From Setoptus koraiensis (lineage: Eukaryota; Animalia; Arthropoda): a DNA stretch of 64,000 nucleotides. The position numbers were made by a program, and so were the translations under genes. The stretch covers positions 17,422,001 to 17,486,000 of the forward strand of contig CM106586.1 in assembly GCA_048013815.1 (NCBI GenBank), written 5' to 3'. Within the stretch, counting starts at the first letter, position 1. The number at the start of each line of letters is the position of its first letter. The notes beneath the pieces are model-generated. The model saw only the letters and a program-made list of their open reading frames with translations, did no database searches and had not been told where the DNA came from. Positions 25,201 to 39,870 of the stretch are shown here, piece by piece.

Positions 25201-27680
25201 AAAACACAACAAAAAAAACAAACACAAAAAACAAAACAAAACAAAAACACAAAACAACAAAAAACCAACAAAAACAACAACAAACAAACTAAAAAAAAAA
25301 AAAAAAAACAAAAAAAAACAAACAAAACAAACAAAACACAAACAAAAAAAAACAAAAAAACAAAAAAAAACACAAAAAACAACAACAACAACAAAAACAA
25401 AAAACAAAAAACAAAAAACAAACAAACAAAAAACAAAAAAAAACAAAAACAACAAAAAACACAAAAAACAACAAAAACAAAAAAAAAATAAACAAACACA
25501 AAAAAAACAAAACAAAAAACAAACACAAAAACAAAAAACAACAAAAAACAAAAAACAAACAAACACAAAAAACAAAAAAACAAACAAAACAAACCACAAA
25601 CAAACAAAAACAAACAAAAACAAAAACAAAACAACAAAAACAAAACAAACAACAACCCAAACAAAAACAACAAAAAAACAAAAACAAAACAACAACAACA
25701 AAAAACAAAAAAAAAAAAAAAAAAAAAACACAAACCAAAAAAAAACAAAAACAAAACAACAAAACAAACAAACACACAAAAACCCAAAAAAAAAAAAACA
25801 AACAACACAACAACAAACAAAAAAACAAACAACCAACAAAAAAAACAAAAACACAAACAAAAAAAAAACAACACACAAAAACAAAAACAACAAAAAAAAG
25901 AAAAAAAACAAAACAAAAAAAAAAAAAGCAAAAAACAAAACAACAAACAAACAACAAAACAAAACAAAAACAACAACAAAAAAACAACAAAAAAAACAAA
26001 AACACAAACAAAAAACAAAAACAAACACAACAAACAAAACAAAAATACAAAAACAAACAAAAACAAAACAAACAAAAAAAAAAAAACAACAAAACAAACA
26101 AAACAAAAAAAACCACCAAAAAACCACACAAAAAAAACACCAAACAAAAACAAAAAACAAAAAAACAAAAACAAAAACAAACAAACAAAAACACAAAAAC
26201 AAAAAAACAAAAAACAAAAACAAAACACAAAAACAACAAACAACAAAAGCAACAAAAACAACAAAAAAAAAAAACAAAAAAACAACAAAACAAAAAAAAA
26301 CAAAACAAAAAACAAAAACAAACAAAACAACAAAAACAAACAAAACAAAAAAACAAAAAAAAACAAAAACACAAAAAACAACAAAACAAAAAACAAAAAA
26401 ACAACAAAAACAACGAAAAAAACAACAAAAAAAAAAAAAACAAAAACAAACAACCAAAAAACAAACAAAAACAAACACCAAAAAAACAAAATCAACAAAC
26501 AAAAAACAAAACAAAAAAAACAAAAAACAAACAACAAAAAACACAAAAAAACAAAAACAACAAAAAAACAAAAAACAAAAAAAAACAAAAACAAAACAAA
26601 ACAACAAAAAAAACAACAAAAACAAACAAAAAAACAAACAAAAAACAAAAAAACAACAAAAAACAAAACAACAAAAACAACAAACAAAAAACAAAAAACA
26701 AAAAACAAAACAAAAAACAACAACAAAACAAACAAAACAAAAAAACAAACAAAAAAAAAAAAAAACAAAAAACAAACAAAACAAAAAACAAAAAAAAACA
26801 AACAAACAAAACAAAACAAAACAAAAACAAACAACAAAACAAACAACAAACAAAAACAAACAAAAAAAACAAAAAAACAACAAAACAAAACAAAAAAAAA
26901 CAACAAAAACAAACAAAACAAAAACAAAAAAAAACAAAAACAACAAAAAAACCAACCAAACAAACAAACAAACAAACAAAAAAAAAACAAAAACAAAACA
27001 AAAAAAAACCAAACACAAACAAAACACAAACAAACAAAAAAAAAAAAAAAAAAAAAAAAAAAACAACAACAAACCCAAAAAAAAACACAAAAACAAAAAA
27101 AAAAAACAACAAAAACAAAAACAAAAACAAAAAAAAAAACAAAAACAAAAAAAAACAAAAAACAACAACAAAAAAACAAACAAAAACCAAAAAAAACAAC
27201 AAAAACACAAAAAACAAAAAAAAACAAAAAACAAAAAAAAACAAAAAAAACAACAAACAAACCAAACAAACAAAACAAAAAAATAAACAAAAAAACAAAA
27301 AAAAAAAAAAACAAAAAAAAAAACAACAAAAAAAAACAAAAAACAAAAAAAAACAAAACAAAACAAAAAACAAAAACAAAACAAAAACAAAAAAAAACAA
27401 ACAAAAACAACAACAAAAAAAAACAAAACAACAAAACAAAAAAACAAAAAACAAAACAAAACAAAACAAACAAACAAAAAAACAAAAAAAAAACAAACAA
27501 AAAAAAACAACAAAAACAAAAACACAAACAAAAACAAAAAAAAATAAAAAACAAACAAAACAAAAAAACAAAAAAAAACCACCCAACAAAAACAAAACAA
27601 AAAAAAAAAGCAAAAAACAAAACAAAAAAACAAAACAAAAAAAAACAAAAACAAAAACAAAAACACAAAAACAACAACAC
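10235..27680. other. Aperiodic A/C-only tract, probable long-read/basecalling artefact at a contig end
   Basis: About 17.4 kb almost free of G and T, with no repeat unit and A-runs lengthening along the tract. It leads into a gap. Its ORFs encode only F/L/V/C on the minus strand or K/N/T/Q/H on the plus strand. Confidence 0.85.
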
Positions 27681-28931
27681 CCAACAAACAAACCCCAAAA
27701 ACAAACACCCAACCAACCCCACACAAACACACCCAACAACAAAAAACAACACAAAACAACAACCCCAAAACACACCCACCCCAAAACCCAAACACCCCAC
27801 AAACCACCCACCCCCCCACCCCCACACCACCCCCCCAAACACCCCAACACCCACAACCCCAAAAAACCACAAAACCACAAAAACAAACACCCACACCCCC
27901 CCCCACACCACCCCCCAACCCCAACACAACCCACACCAACACACCCACCCCACACACACACACCCCACCACCCCCACCCCACCCCCAACCCCCCCCACAC
28001 ACCCACCCCCACCCACCAACACACCCCACCCCCCACACCCCCACACCCCACCCCCCCACCCCCCCCACACTCTCCCCCCCCCTCTCTCTCCCCACCCCAC
28101 ACCCCACCCCCCCACCCCCCACCCCCCCCCTCCCCACCCCCCTCTCTCACCCCACCACCCCCCTCCCCACCCCACCCCCCCCTCCCCCCCCCCCCTCTCC
28201 CTCCTCCCCCCCCCCTCCCCCCCACTCCCCCTCTCCCTCCCCCCCCCCTCTCCCCCCCCCCTCCCCTCTCTCTCTCCCCTCCCCACTCCCCCCCCCTCCC
28301 CCCCCCCTCTCCCCCCCCCCTCCTCCACCCCCCCCCTCTCTCCCTCCCTCCCCCTCTCCCCCTCCCTCTCCCCCCCCCCCCCCTCCCCACTCTCTCTCCC
28401 CCCCCCACCCTCACCTCCCCCTCCCCTCTCCCCCCCCCCTCCCCCCCCTCTCCCCTCCCCACTCTCTCCCCTCCCACCCTCCCCCCCCCACCCCTCCTCA
28501 CCCCCCCCTCTCACCCCTCACTCCCCCCCTCCCTCCCCCCCCCACCCCCCCCCCTCTCCCCCCCCTCTCTCTCCCCCCCCCCTCTCCCCCCCTCCCTCCC
28601 CCCCCCCACCTCCCCCCCTCCCCCCCTCCCCTCTCACACCCCTCCCCCCCCCCTCCCCCCACCCTCTCACCCCCCCCCACCCCCCCCCTCACTCACCCCC
28701 TCCCTCTCACCCTCCCCCCCCACACCCCCCCCCCCTCCCCTCTCCCCTCCCCCCCCTCCCCCCCACACTCCCCACTCTCCCTCTCCCCACCCTCTCCCCT
28801 CCCCACTCCCCCCCTCTCCCACCCTCCCCTCCCCCCCCTCTCTCTCCCCCCCCTCCACCCCTCCCCTCCCCCCACCCCCCCCCCTCCCCCCCCCACCCTC
28901 CCCTCCCCCCCCCACCACTCTCTCTCTCCCC
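27681..28931. other. C-rich (C/T/A) aperiodic tail continuing the junk tract up to the gap
   Basis: Gradual drift from A/C to poly-C with interspersed T, ending at the N run. Confidence 0.85.
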
Positions 28932-29431
28932 NNNNNNNNNNNNNNNNNNNNNNNNNNNNNNNNNNNNNNNNNNNNNNNNNNNNNNNNNNNNNNNNNNNNN
29001 NNNNNNNNNNNNNNNNNNNNNNNNNNNNNNNNNNNNNNNNNNNNNNNNNNNNNNNNNNNNNNNNNNNNNNNNNNNNNNNNNNNNNNNNNNNNNNNNNNNN
29101 NNNNNNNNNNNNNNNNNNNNNNNNNNNNNNNNNNNNNNNNNNNNNNNNNNNNNNNNNNNNNNNNNNNNNNNNNNNNNNNNNNNNNNNNNNNNNNNNNNNN
29201 NNNNNNNNNNNNNNNNNNNNNNNNNNNNNNNNNNNNNNNNNNNNNNNNNNNNNNNNNNNNNNNNNNNNNNNNNNNNNNNNNNNNNNNNNNNNNNNNNNNN
29301 NNNNNNNNNNNNNNNNNNNNNNNNNNNNNNNNNNNNNNNNNNNNNNNNNNNNNNNNNNNNNNNNNNNNNNNNNNNNNNNNNNNNNNNNNNNNNNNNNNNN
29401 NNNNNNNNNNNNNNNNNNNNNNNNNNNNNNN
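28932..29431. other. Scaffold gap of exactly 500 N
   Basis: Round fixed-size N run, typical of a scaffolder spacer of unknown true size. Confidence 0.98.
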
Positions 29432-32400
29432 GTGTTGTTGGGTTGTGGATTGTTTTTTGTTTTTTTTTTGTTGTGTGTGTGGGTTGTTATTGTACTGTGT
29501 TTTTTTGTTGGAATTATTTTAGTAAATAATTTATTATAATATGAATCGTAAAATAATTTATGAGTTTTGTAAATTTAGAAAAAAAAAATAAATATAAATA
29601 AAATAAAATTATTAGAAATATAGAATTTGTATATGAATAAAAAGAAGAGTTTTGATAGAATTATAAATAATAGCATTTAAATTTTTCAATTATTATTAAA
29701 AATAACATAGTTAATGAGATATTAATTTATTAATGTATAAATATTTAAATGAATGATTATGATATATAATAAGTTAGTAATAATAATTAAAATCACAAGA
29801 GAATATGTTACAAATTAATTGTGCAAATTTAAGAATTATGAATTATGAGATCAAGTATTTAAAAGAAAATCATAAAGACAATTAGTTGATTGAAGTTATA
29901 AGATTTAATAAAATAAAGATAATAAAAAAATACATAATCCATAGAAATTAATTAAATCTTTATTAAAAAATTAGTAAAATAAATATGAATATTTGATTAT
30001 TAATTTTATATTTGTTATTATCGAATTTTAAGGATTATATATTTATTATAAAATAATTTAAAATTCATTATTATATAGAATAAAAATTTTTGTTATAAAT
30101 TATTTTAATAGTATAATTAATATTTTTTAATTTGTTTATTATATTAATTAAAATAATTCAGAATTAAAATATTAAATAATAAATATATTTAATATATAAT
30201 TATATAATATAATAATATTATAATATTATATTATATATTATAAATATATAAATATAATTATAATAATTATAATATATAATTATATTAATATAAAAATATA
30301 ATAATTATTATAATATAATATAAATATTATATATAATAATTTATATATAATAATATTAAATTATAATATATTATATTTATATTAATATAATATAATTTAT
30401 TAAATATATATATAAATATAATATATTATATATTAATAATATTAATAATATAAATAAATTATTATATTATATAATATAATATAATAATATTAATATTATA
30501 ATATATTTATAATATAATATAATATAAATATATTATATTTAATATATATAAATTATATAATATAATAATAATATTATATAAAATAATATAATAATATAAA
30601 TATATTAAATATTAATATTAAATATAAATAATATTATATATATTATATAATATATAATAATTATAATATAATATATATAAATATTATATAATATAATTAT
30701 AATATATTAATATATAATATATAAATATATATATATAATTTATATAATATATAATATATATATAAATAATATATAAATATATAAATATAATAAATATATA
30801 AATAATATATAATTATATATAAATATTATAATAAATTATATATAATATATTATAAATATATTATATAATTAATAATATATAAATATTATATAATATATAA
30901 TATATATAATTATAATAAATATATATAATATTATAATAAATAAATAAATATATTAATATAATATATAAATATATTAATATAATATATATATAAATTATAA
31001 TATAAATATATAAATATTATATATATAATATAATAAATATATTATAATAAATATAATTAAATATAAATATAATATATATTATAATTAAATATATTATATA
31101 ATATATAATATTATATAATATAATAATATAATATATTAATATATAATATATTATATAATATAAATATATTATATATAAATATATAATATAATATATATAT
31201 TAAATATATAATATAATATATTATAAATATATAATAATATATATATTATATATATATATTATATAATATATATTATAATATATAAATATATAATATATTA
31301 TATAATATTATAATATAATATATATATAATAATATAAATAATATATAATATATTATAATAAATATATATAATATATTATAATATAAAATATATATAATAT
31401 AATAATATATTATAATATAATAAATATAATATAATATTATAATATATATAAATATATATAAATATATATTATAATATATTATAATATAATATATTATAAT
31501 ATAAATATATATATATAATATATATATAAATATATTAATATATATAAATATATAAATATTATAAATATAATATATAATATAAATAATAAATATATATAAT
31601 TATATAATATATAATATATAAATAATATAATAATATATATAAATATATATTATATATAATATAATATATTATAATATAATATTATAAATATATAAAATAT
31701 AATATATTATATATAAAATAATATATAATATATTATAAATATATATTATATAATAAATTATATAATATATATAATAATATAAAATATTATATATATATAA
31801 TATAAATATTATATAAATATAAATATATAATATAATAATATATATAATAATATAATATATATAATATATATAATATATATAATATAAATATAATATATAA
31901 TATATAAAATATAATATAATAAATATATATATATAAATATTATAATAAATATTATATATAATATAATATAATATTATATAATATATAAATATTATATAAT
32001 ATATTATATAATAAAATATATAATATAATATAATATAAATAATATAATAATATAATATATATTAATATAAATAATTATATAATTATAAATAATATATTAT
32101 ATAAATATATAAAATAATATATTATAATATAATATATAATATATATATTAATAATATATATAATATAAATATAAAATAATATAAATATAATATTAATATA
32201 TAAATAATATAATATAATATAAATAATATATATATTATATAATATTATAATATAAATTATATAAATATAATATAAATATTATAATATATATAATAATAAT
32301 ATAATAATATATATAATAAATATAAATATAATAAATAAATATAAATATTATAATATAATAAAAATAATATTATATATAAATATAAATATTAATATAAATA

Positions 32401-35065
32401 AATATTATAATATATATAATAAAATATAATATAATATATTATAATAAAATTATATAATAATAATATATATATAAATATAAATATATATAATATAAATATA
32501 TAATATAATATTATAATTAAATAATATATATATAATAATATAATATATAATATAATAATTATAAATATATAATATATAATATTAAAAATATATATAATAT
32601 AATTATAATATAAATAATATAAAATATATATAATATATATAAATAATAAATATATTATATAAATATATTATAATATATATAAAATAATATTAATATATAA
32701 TTAATAATATATATAAATATATTATAATATAAATAATATATATTATAATATGATATAATATAATATAATATATTATAATATAATATAAATATATATTAAT
32801 ATATAAATAATATAAATATATATATAATATATAATATTATATATTAAATAATATAAATATATATAATAATATAATATATAAATTATATATATAATAATAT
32901 ATTATTATAAATATAATATAATATATTATAATATAAATATATAAAATAAATATATATATAATATAAATAATTATATATAATAATATTATATATTATATAT
33001 ATTAAATAATATAATAATTATAATATTATAATATAATATAAATAATATAATATATAATATAAAATTATATATATAATATATAATAATAAATATATAATTA
33101 TATATAAAATAATATAATATATAATAATAATTATAAATAATATATTAATTATATATATAAAATAATATATATAAATATAAATAATATTAATAATAATAAT
33201 ATATTATAATATAATAATATTAAATATAAAAATATAATATAATTATATAAATAATATATATTATAATAATAAATAATTATAATATAAATATAATAAATAA
33301 TAAATAATATTATATAATATAAATAATATAAATATTATAATAATTATAAATAATAATATTATATTATAAATAATATATTATAAATATAATATATAAATAA
33401 TATAAATATTATAAATAATTATAAATATAATATATAATATATAATAATATATAATATAATATAATAATATTAATAATATAAAAATATATAATATAATTTA
33501 ATAATATAATAAATATAAAATAAAATATATTATAAATAATATAAATAATATAAATTATATTATAAAATATAAATAAATAAAAATAATAATATATAAATAA
33601 TATTATATAAATAATTATATAATATAATATATAATAATTAATAAATATATATATAAATATAAATAATATATAATAATATATAAAATATTAATATAAATAT
33701 ATATTAATAATATAAAATTAATAAATAATAAATATTAAATATATAAATATAATAAATATAATAAATATTATTAATAAAAATATATATAAATATTAATATA
33801 TAATAATAAAATTATATAAATAAATATAATAAAATATAATTAAATATATAATATTATAAATAAAATAAATTAATAAAAATATTATAATATTAATATATAA
33901 ATATATTATAATATAAATATATTAATATTATAAATATATAATATAAATTATAAAATATAATAAAAATAATTATATAAATATAATAATATAAAATATTATA
34001 AATAATATAAATTAATATAATTAAAAATATATAATATATAATATTATAAATTAAATATAATATAAATTATATAAATATATTAAATAATAAATAATAATAT
34101 TAATATAATTATATAATATAAATATATTATAAATAAATAATATAAATATATTATAATAATATTATAATATTATATAAATATATATAAATATAATAATAAA
34201 ATAAAAATAAATTATATAATATAAATATTAAATATAATATAATAAATAATATTATATTATAATATATAATAATATTTATAATATAAAATAATATATAATA
34301 TTATAATATATTAATTAAATAATAAATAATATATAATATATTAATAAATATATAAAAAATATAATTATAATAAATATTATAAAATAATATTAATATAAAT
34401 ATTATAATATAATTAATAATAATATATATTATAATAAATATAAAATAATATAATATATTAATAATATAATAATAAAATATAATTATATATTAATATTAAA
34501 ATAATATTATATAATATAATATAATAATATTAATAAAATATAAAATTATATAATTATATAATATTATATAATAATATAATATAAAATATTATAAATATAA
34601 ATTATAATTAATAATAATATTAAATAATATATAAAATAATTAATAATAATTATATATAATATAAATATATATAAATATATTATAATATAATATAATAAAT
34701 ATATATAATTATATAAATATATATTTTATATAAAATATTAATAATATATAATTATTATTATATAAATAATATATAAATAAAATAATAAATATATAATTAT
34801 ATAAAATAATATATAATATAATATTATAATATATAATAAATATAAATTATAATATTATATTATAATATATTATAAATATTATATATTAATTAATTTATAA
34901 AAATATTATAATAATTTAATATATATTATATAATAAAAGTAAACATTAATATATATATTTAATAATATATAATATTAATATTTATAAATTATATTATATT
35001 TATAATTATGATATAAAATTATTAATATAAAAATAAAATAATATATAATAAATAATTATATAATA
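29432..35065. other. G/T-rich start grading into an aperiodic A/T-only tract, probable artefact
   Basis: 29432-~29500 is G/T-rich and ~29500-30160 is degraded AT-rich sequence. ~30162-35065 is virtually A/T only, with no stable unit, and abuts the gap. Confidence 0.75.
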
Positions 35066-35345
35066 CATGTTTTTTGTGTTTGAGTATCTTTTTAAGATTT
35101 TAGATTGGCACGGTTAATTATATATTTGTATAAATCTTATAGACAGGATTGCGATATAGTGGTTTGATATTGCTGAGTCACTTCAATTACAAATGTTTGT
35201 ACAGCTGCGGCAATTCAATCAGAAGATACTTTCCAGTATTGGGAGTCGGCATCATATGTATGATCAGATAGATACTAGAAACTGCTCCAAAATCTTCTCT
35301 GCGACAGTGTTCGAAAACAATGCAATAGCAAATTAGATTGTTATT

Positions 35346-37170
35346 CTACTCATTGACCAGCTCAAGCCGACAGGCGAAGCACAAGCTATAGAACAAAGAA
35401 TCCCATGCCGGATATCGTTGTTCCATGAGATCATTAACAAAGTAATTGCATTCGATAGATGTCTCTCTCTTTTTCTCTACCTCACCGAGCTGTATTTTAT
35501 TGATAGAATCATGACTACTATGATCAGGATGAAGAATCATGAAGCGTGAAGCGCACTGGCTGCCGAATACAATTGTTGCTGAATCTGCCGCTGGCGAAGT
35601 GACATACCTACTATGTTTGCAGTATCTTACCGGATGTCGTCGACCATTGCGTCACTGGGCTAACAGCTGCCTAAATTAGTGCTTGTAAGCAGATTGCAAA
35701 CGTTGATGTTGTACAGAATGAACATGGCAAAATACGCCCTAAAGTACTGACTTAACTAGAGAAAATTTGAGTTCCAAGTGCGAACAACCCAATGTTTAAT
35801 AAACACATTTGACAATGTCTTGTTTTGTATGCTAACTAAAGCAGTTGAGCATACATTTACAATTCATCATCGTTGCATCTTTTTGAACTCATTCAACAGT
35901 TTCTCCAAGGAATTGGATGACTAAAAAATGATGAGGAATACGAGAAATAATTTATGGAGCAACCAAATTTACCTTCTCGGTCTAACCAAGTAAGATTTTC
36001 ACCAGCATTGACTGCTATGAGTAGCTCCATCTGGCAACACACGACCCCGGTCTGATGGTCAAGTCTCGAGTCCATACCAAACTCGATTACGACCGTGTAA
36101 CCTGCTTGATGGTAGTGCTAACTCCAATAAATGGTGAATGCATAGGTAGGTTTGCGAACAATGTGGGTGAGTGAGCCATTGTTAGGTCACGACTATACAC
36201 ATGTACACATACCATTGATTTGGTGTTACATTGCATCACTTAATAGGTAGACCACCCCTCGTAAAAGACCATAGAATTGCGGACAAATATGGTTAGTTAG
36301 TGTATATATATTCTGAATATATAAGCATCGCCACCATCATCATTGCATCATCTGAGCTCTTATAGTCTGTCAACATGTTATTAGTTACTATACTTTGTGT
36401 ACACGGTTGTATACTGTAGCTAGTTGGGCAGGTGTGCCAATGATCACTGGTATGTATATGTAATGAGGTGACTGGAAGTCTATTAACACACACACAATTC
36501 ATTATCATTTACGAAGTTAGAGTTGTTTTCAAGTTCAGCTAATGAGCTTTGCAATATGGCAAGTCAGTGTGTAGCTAAAATAGCATACTATAGCCAGTGC
36601 ACGAGCGAGGAGTAATTTACCTAATTCATCAGTAACTCTTTTATAAATTGTTGTGACTATTGTATTGTACATATTCGCCAAAAGCGCTCCATCATGTTTC
36701 ATTTCGACTGTCAAGCTGCTTGTCGCGATGACATTGTCGTAAACAAGACAATCGTCCATATATTAATGGATGATGACGACAATCTTGTACAGCAGACACT
36801 TGTTTTTCTACTTGGTTTTGCAGGCTGAGTACATGTACGAATTAGTATGTATACATTCACATACTCCATTATAAAGTAAAGCGATAATTGTCCTTCAGAG
36901 GGTTCAAACAAAACACACACTCAATTAGCGTGTGTTTGCTGAGCGTGACAATGGAATGTCTGTGACAACATTGAAAAATTGAAGGGTCAACAAGATCGAG
37001 TCACCTGGAGAAGGAGGCTCGAAAAATTGCGAACCTGGCTTGTTCGCATGTTTTCCCAGATGTTATGTTTGCCTCACAATTCGGCTTCTTTTTGCACCAC
37101 ACTTCCAACTCATCACTTTCCCGCGTGTCTATCTATGTGTGTCTATGTGTAATATCACAATATCACAGCT
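35346..37170 (-). other. Coding-like exon fragments of an unidentified or decayed multi-exon gene
   Basis: Open segments with plausible splice sites: TTAG|HYHQAGYTVVIEFGMDSRLD...WLDRE|GTAAAT (~36117-35971), DTRESDELEVWCKKKPNCEANITSGKTCEQAR (~37160-37030), and ORFs 35346-35540 and 36535-36759. I could not join them or name a family. Confidence 0.25.
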
Positions 37171-37659
37171 GATCCAACTGATTAGCCTTCGATGGCGAGA
37201 CTGGAACACTGACACAAACTAGTGTGTGGCTCATTTTGGATTAGAGAGGCGCTCAACTAATGAGTGGCTAAATAAAGAAAACATGTCCGCAAATAGACAT
37301 GAATACAATACTTACCACAATATTTGGCGTCTCTAGGCACTTGTTGCTTGTCCACTGGCAAACCGAACTAACCGTCCGACTTTATCCACTTATACACAGT
37401 GTATTAGTGGATAAACTAGTCCAGTTAAATCCAGCTAAATCTGGACAGATGCAAGTCCGGATAGATCTAAATCTAGTCCGCTCCGAGAAGCTCGTTAGCA
37501 GCGGTCCGTGTTCGCGAGCCCAGGCATCTATGGCGAGCTAATGGATGTGGATATACTTTTTGGGCCAACGCAATCTATGCGATACTGATACTTGTGAGAT
37601 GTAAGCGTGCCAATTGCGCACAATTTATTTTTTTTTTCTGCTCGCCCATACATATGCAC

Positions 37660-37700
37660 CCATTGGCCAGAATGGCATGTCCGCCCATTCTAGCCAATGG
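37660..37700. repeat. 16-bp inverted repeat (1 mismatch) carrying two opposed CCAAT boxes
   Basis: CCATTGGCCAGAATGG (37660-37675) and CCATTCTAGCCAATGG (37685-37700), 9-nt spacer. Confidence 0.75.
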
Positions 37701-38018
37701 CGTCTGTTGTAACGAGCGCACTAATGGTTTGCGAAAGACGCACTCGGAGCGATTGTTTACGTTACAAATCTTATCTATTATAAATGTATCTATAGACACA
37801 CATATACTGACGATACATCATTGGCGAGCCACACACAACCAGCCCGGACTGTACACTCGATGGTGCACTGGTGGTGGCACGGTGTGCGCAATAGCGAACA
37901 CAAGGCTGTGTGACGTGGTCAACGTTGGTCGAAATTGGAAAAAAGTTCGCTATGCAAGTGTCGTGCCAGCGAACATTTTTGTTAACTTGTTAACTACTAC
38001 TTGCAAGCAGTGTGCCTA

Positions 38019-38019
<1 letters not shown>

Positions 38020-38094
<75 letters not shown>
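38020..38094. repeat. (CA)~37 microsatellite
   Basis: Perfect dinucleotide run. Confidence 0.98.
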
Positions 38095-38096
<2 letters not shown>

Positions 38097-38210
38097 TAAA
38101 ATGGCGCTTCATCAAGAATGTGTGAGATTGGAGCTGCGAACTGGCGAGTTCGCAACACGAAAAGTTCGACAAACACACACGGACGATAGAACGGATTGGG
38201 TTGGCGGCCG

Positions 38211-38257
38211 GCGCAGCGTATGCGTAGTTTGCGTAGTATGCGTAGTTTGCGCAGTAT
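38211..38257. repeat. 9-bp tandem repeat GCGTAGT(A/T)T alternating as an 18-bp unit
   Basis: GCGTAGTTT GCGTAGTAT GCGTAGTTT GCGCAGTAT. Confidence 0.8.
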
Positions 38258-38939
38258 AATTTGCAATCGATTATGGCTAGTGGTTATCTCGTATAATGGC
38301 CCTCTAGATGCCAACGAGATAGCAGTGTGTGTGTGTGTGTGTGTTTGTTCTACGCATGTTTCGCCTGTCGCAACGAATTGTTGTTGCTCCTCGACTCGAG
38401 AATCTCGAGGGAGGCTGCACTATATGTAATATCTACTCACTTGGCAACTCCATATCTGCGCTGGCCCGTCTATATCGTGTCGTGTGCAGCGTGGCGCGCC
38501 AGTTGTAGTCAGTGGGTTCACTCGAGTGCTGCCGCTCGGCGCACTATATACAGAGTCTGTATTACAGACTGTGTGATACAGTGCGGGGCGAACGCTTGCA
38601 GCGCCTGCGATGGTTCGCCAACAACAAACGTGACCATGTTGGTGCAGTTGTTTTTGTCGAACATTGTGCGCCGTAGAGAGGGCGAGACGGAGGCAAGCAA
38701 AAAGAGAACAGTGTAGCAACGCAACCGAAATATGGTCGGGCATGCATGGTGCGAGCGGTGCAGCGTACGTGGCCACGGCTCGGCTCACGGCGAGCGCACA
38801 CCAACAAACGAACGGACGGACAGACAAAACATGACCGTCAATTGGGAGCCTAGAGTTGAAACAGCCGGAGCAATTAGACTTTGCAGACTCGCTCGAAATG
38901 GATAAGCGCTGGACTGGTTAGCCGAGATGCCGAGGAATA

Positions 38940-39652
38940 AAAGAGATTACTATTATTACTATTATTGCGCAACAGCGACAGCAGCAACAACAACAACAGC
39001 AACAGCGGCAACAACAACAGCGACACGGAGGGAATTATTTTGGCCATTCTATTCTAAATCTAAGATCCATTTGCCGCCACCATTAACATTAACCTGTGTG
39101 CTGCTGCCGCGGCAGCAGCAACAACCTGTGCAACTAGTGGAAGTGGCACTGGCGGCGATGATGATGCAACAGTCGGCAGTTGGTGAATTAAACTGGCATG
39201 AGAGCGAGAGAGAGAGAGAGAGACAGAAGGGAAATGAAGCACTCACGCAACACTGCAACAGTGGGAGTGGTTCGGCTTTGGTTCTATTAGACTCCTATTA
39301 GATCCACTGCAGCAGCAGCTCAGCTTCGAGGCTAACTCGCTAACATTTTCATTCTATTCTACCACTGCCACCACTGTCGCTGCCACTTGTTGTTCTTCAA
39401 ACGCTAACATTATTACACAATAGTTGAGCCAGCTCGCTCAAGTCAACTCTGCCTGGACTCACTTACGCATACCAGACAACCTGAATCAACTTGAGTTGAA
39501 TCGCGCAACGCTGCCCCTGCTTCTGCCGCTGCCGCTGCTGCTGCGAGGTACATAACACCAGACAGAGAACAACAACAATTGGCCAAGAGAATAGACAGGC
39601 CAGCAGACAGAAAGAAAGAATTATCTCGCCAACTGGTAGAGCTATGTCTATG

Positions 39653-39684
<32 letters not shown>

Positions 39685-39870
39685 CGTTCGCTCGCTCTCA
39701 TCGAACTTTCGCATGTGTTTGTCTGCTGCTGGCTTTGTATTAACTTGAGGGTAAAATAAACGAGCAGCCACGATGATGACGACGACGAGGCAAAAAATAT
39801 ACCATTATCATCATGTCCATTACCATCACCATCACCACCACCACCACCACTACTAATACTAATACTACTA
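38940..39870. repeat. Cluster of CAA/CAG, TAT, GA/CT, CAC and TAC simple repeats
   Basis: Includes (CT)n at 39653-39681, CAC runs at ~39826-39850 and CAA/CAG runs at ~38970-39020. Confidence 0.8.

Noticed and set aside
10221-28918. Giant ORFs up to 3813 aa (F/L/V/C-rich, K/N/T/Q-rich, poly-Gly)
   Set aside because: They are stop-free only because a G/T-only strand cannot form stop codons. There is no domain, and the tract is a likely artefact.
38875-39047. Minus-strand 57-codon ORF with an apparent signal peptide (MAKIIPSVSLLLLPLLLL...)
   Set aside because: The poly-Leu arises from a CAA/CAG microsatellite and there is no convincing splice donor.
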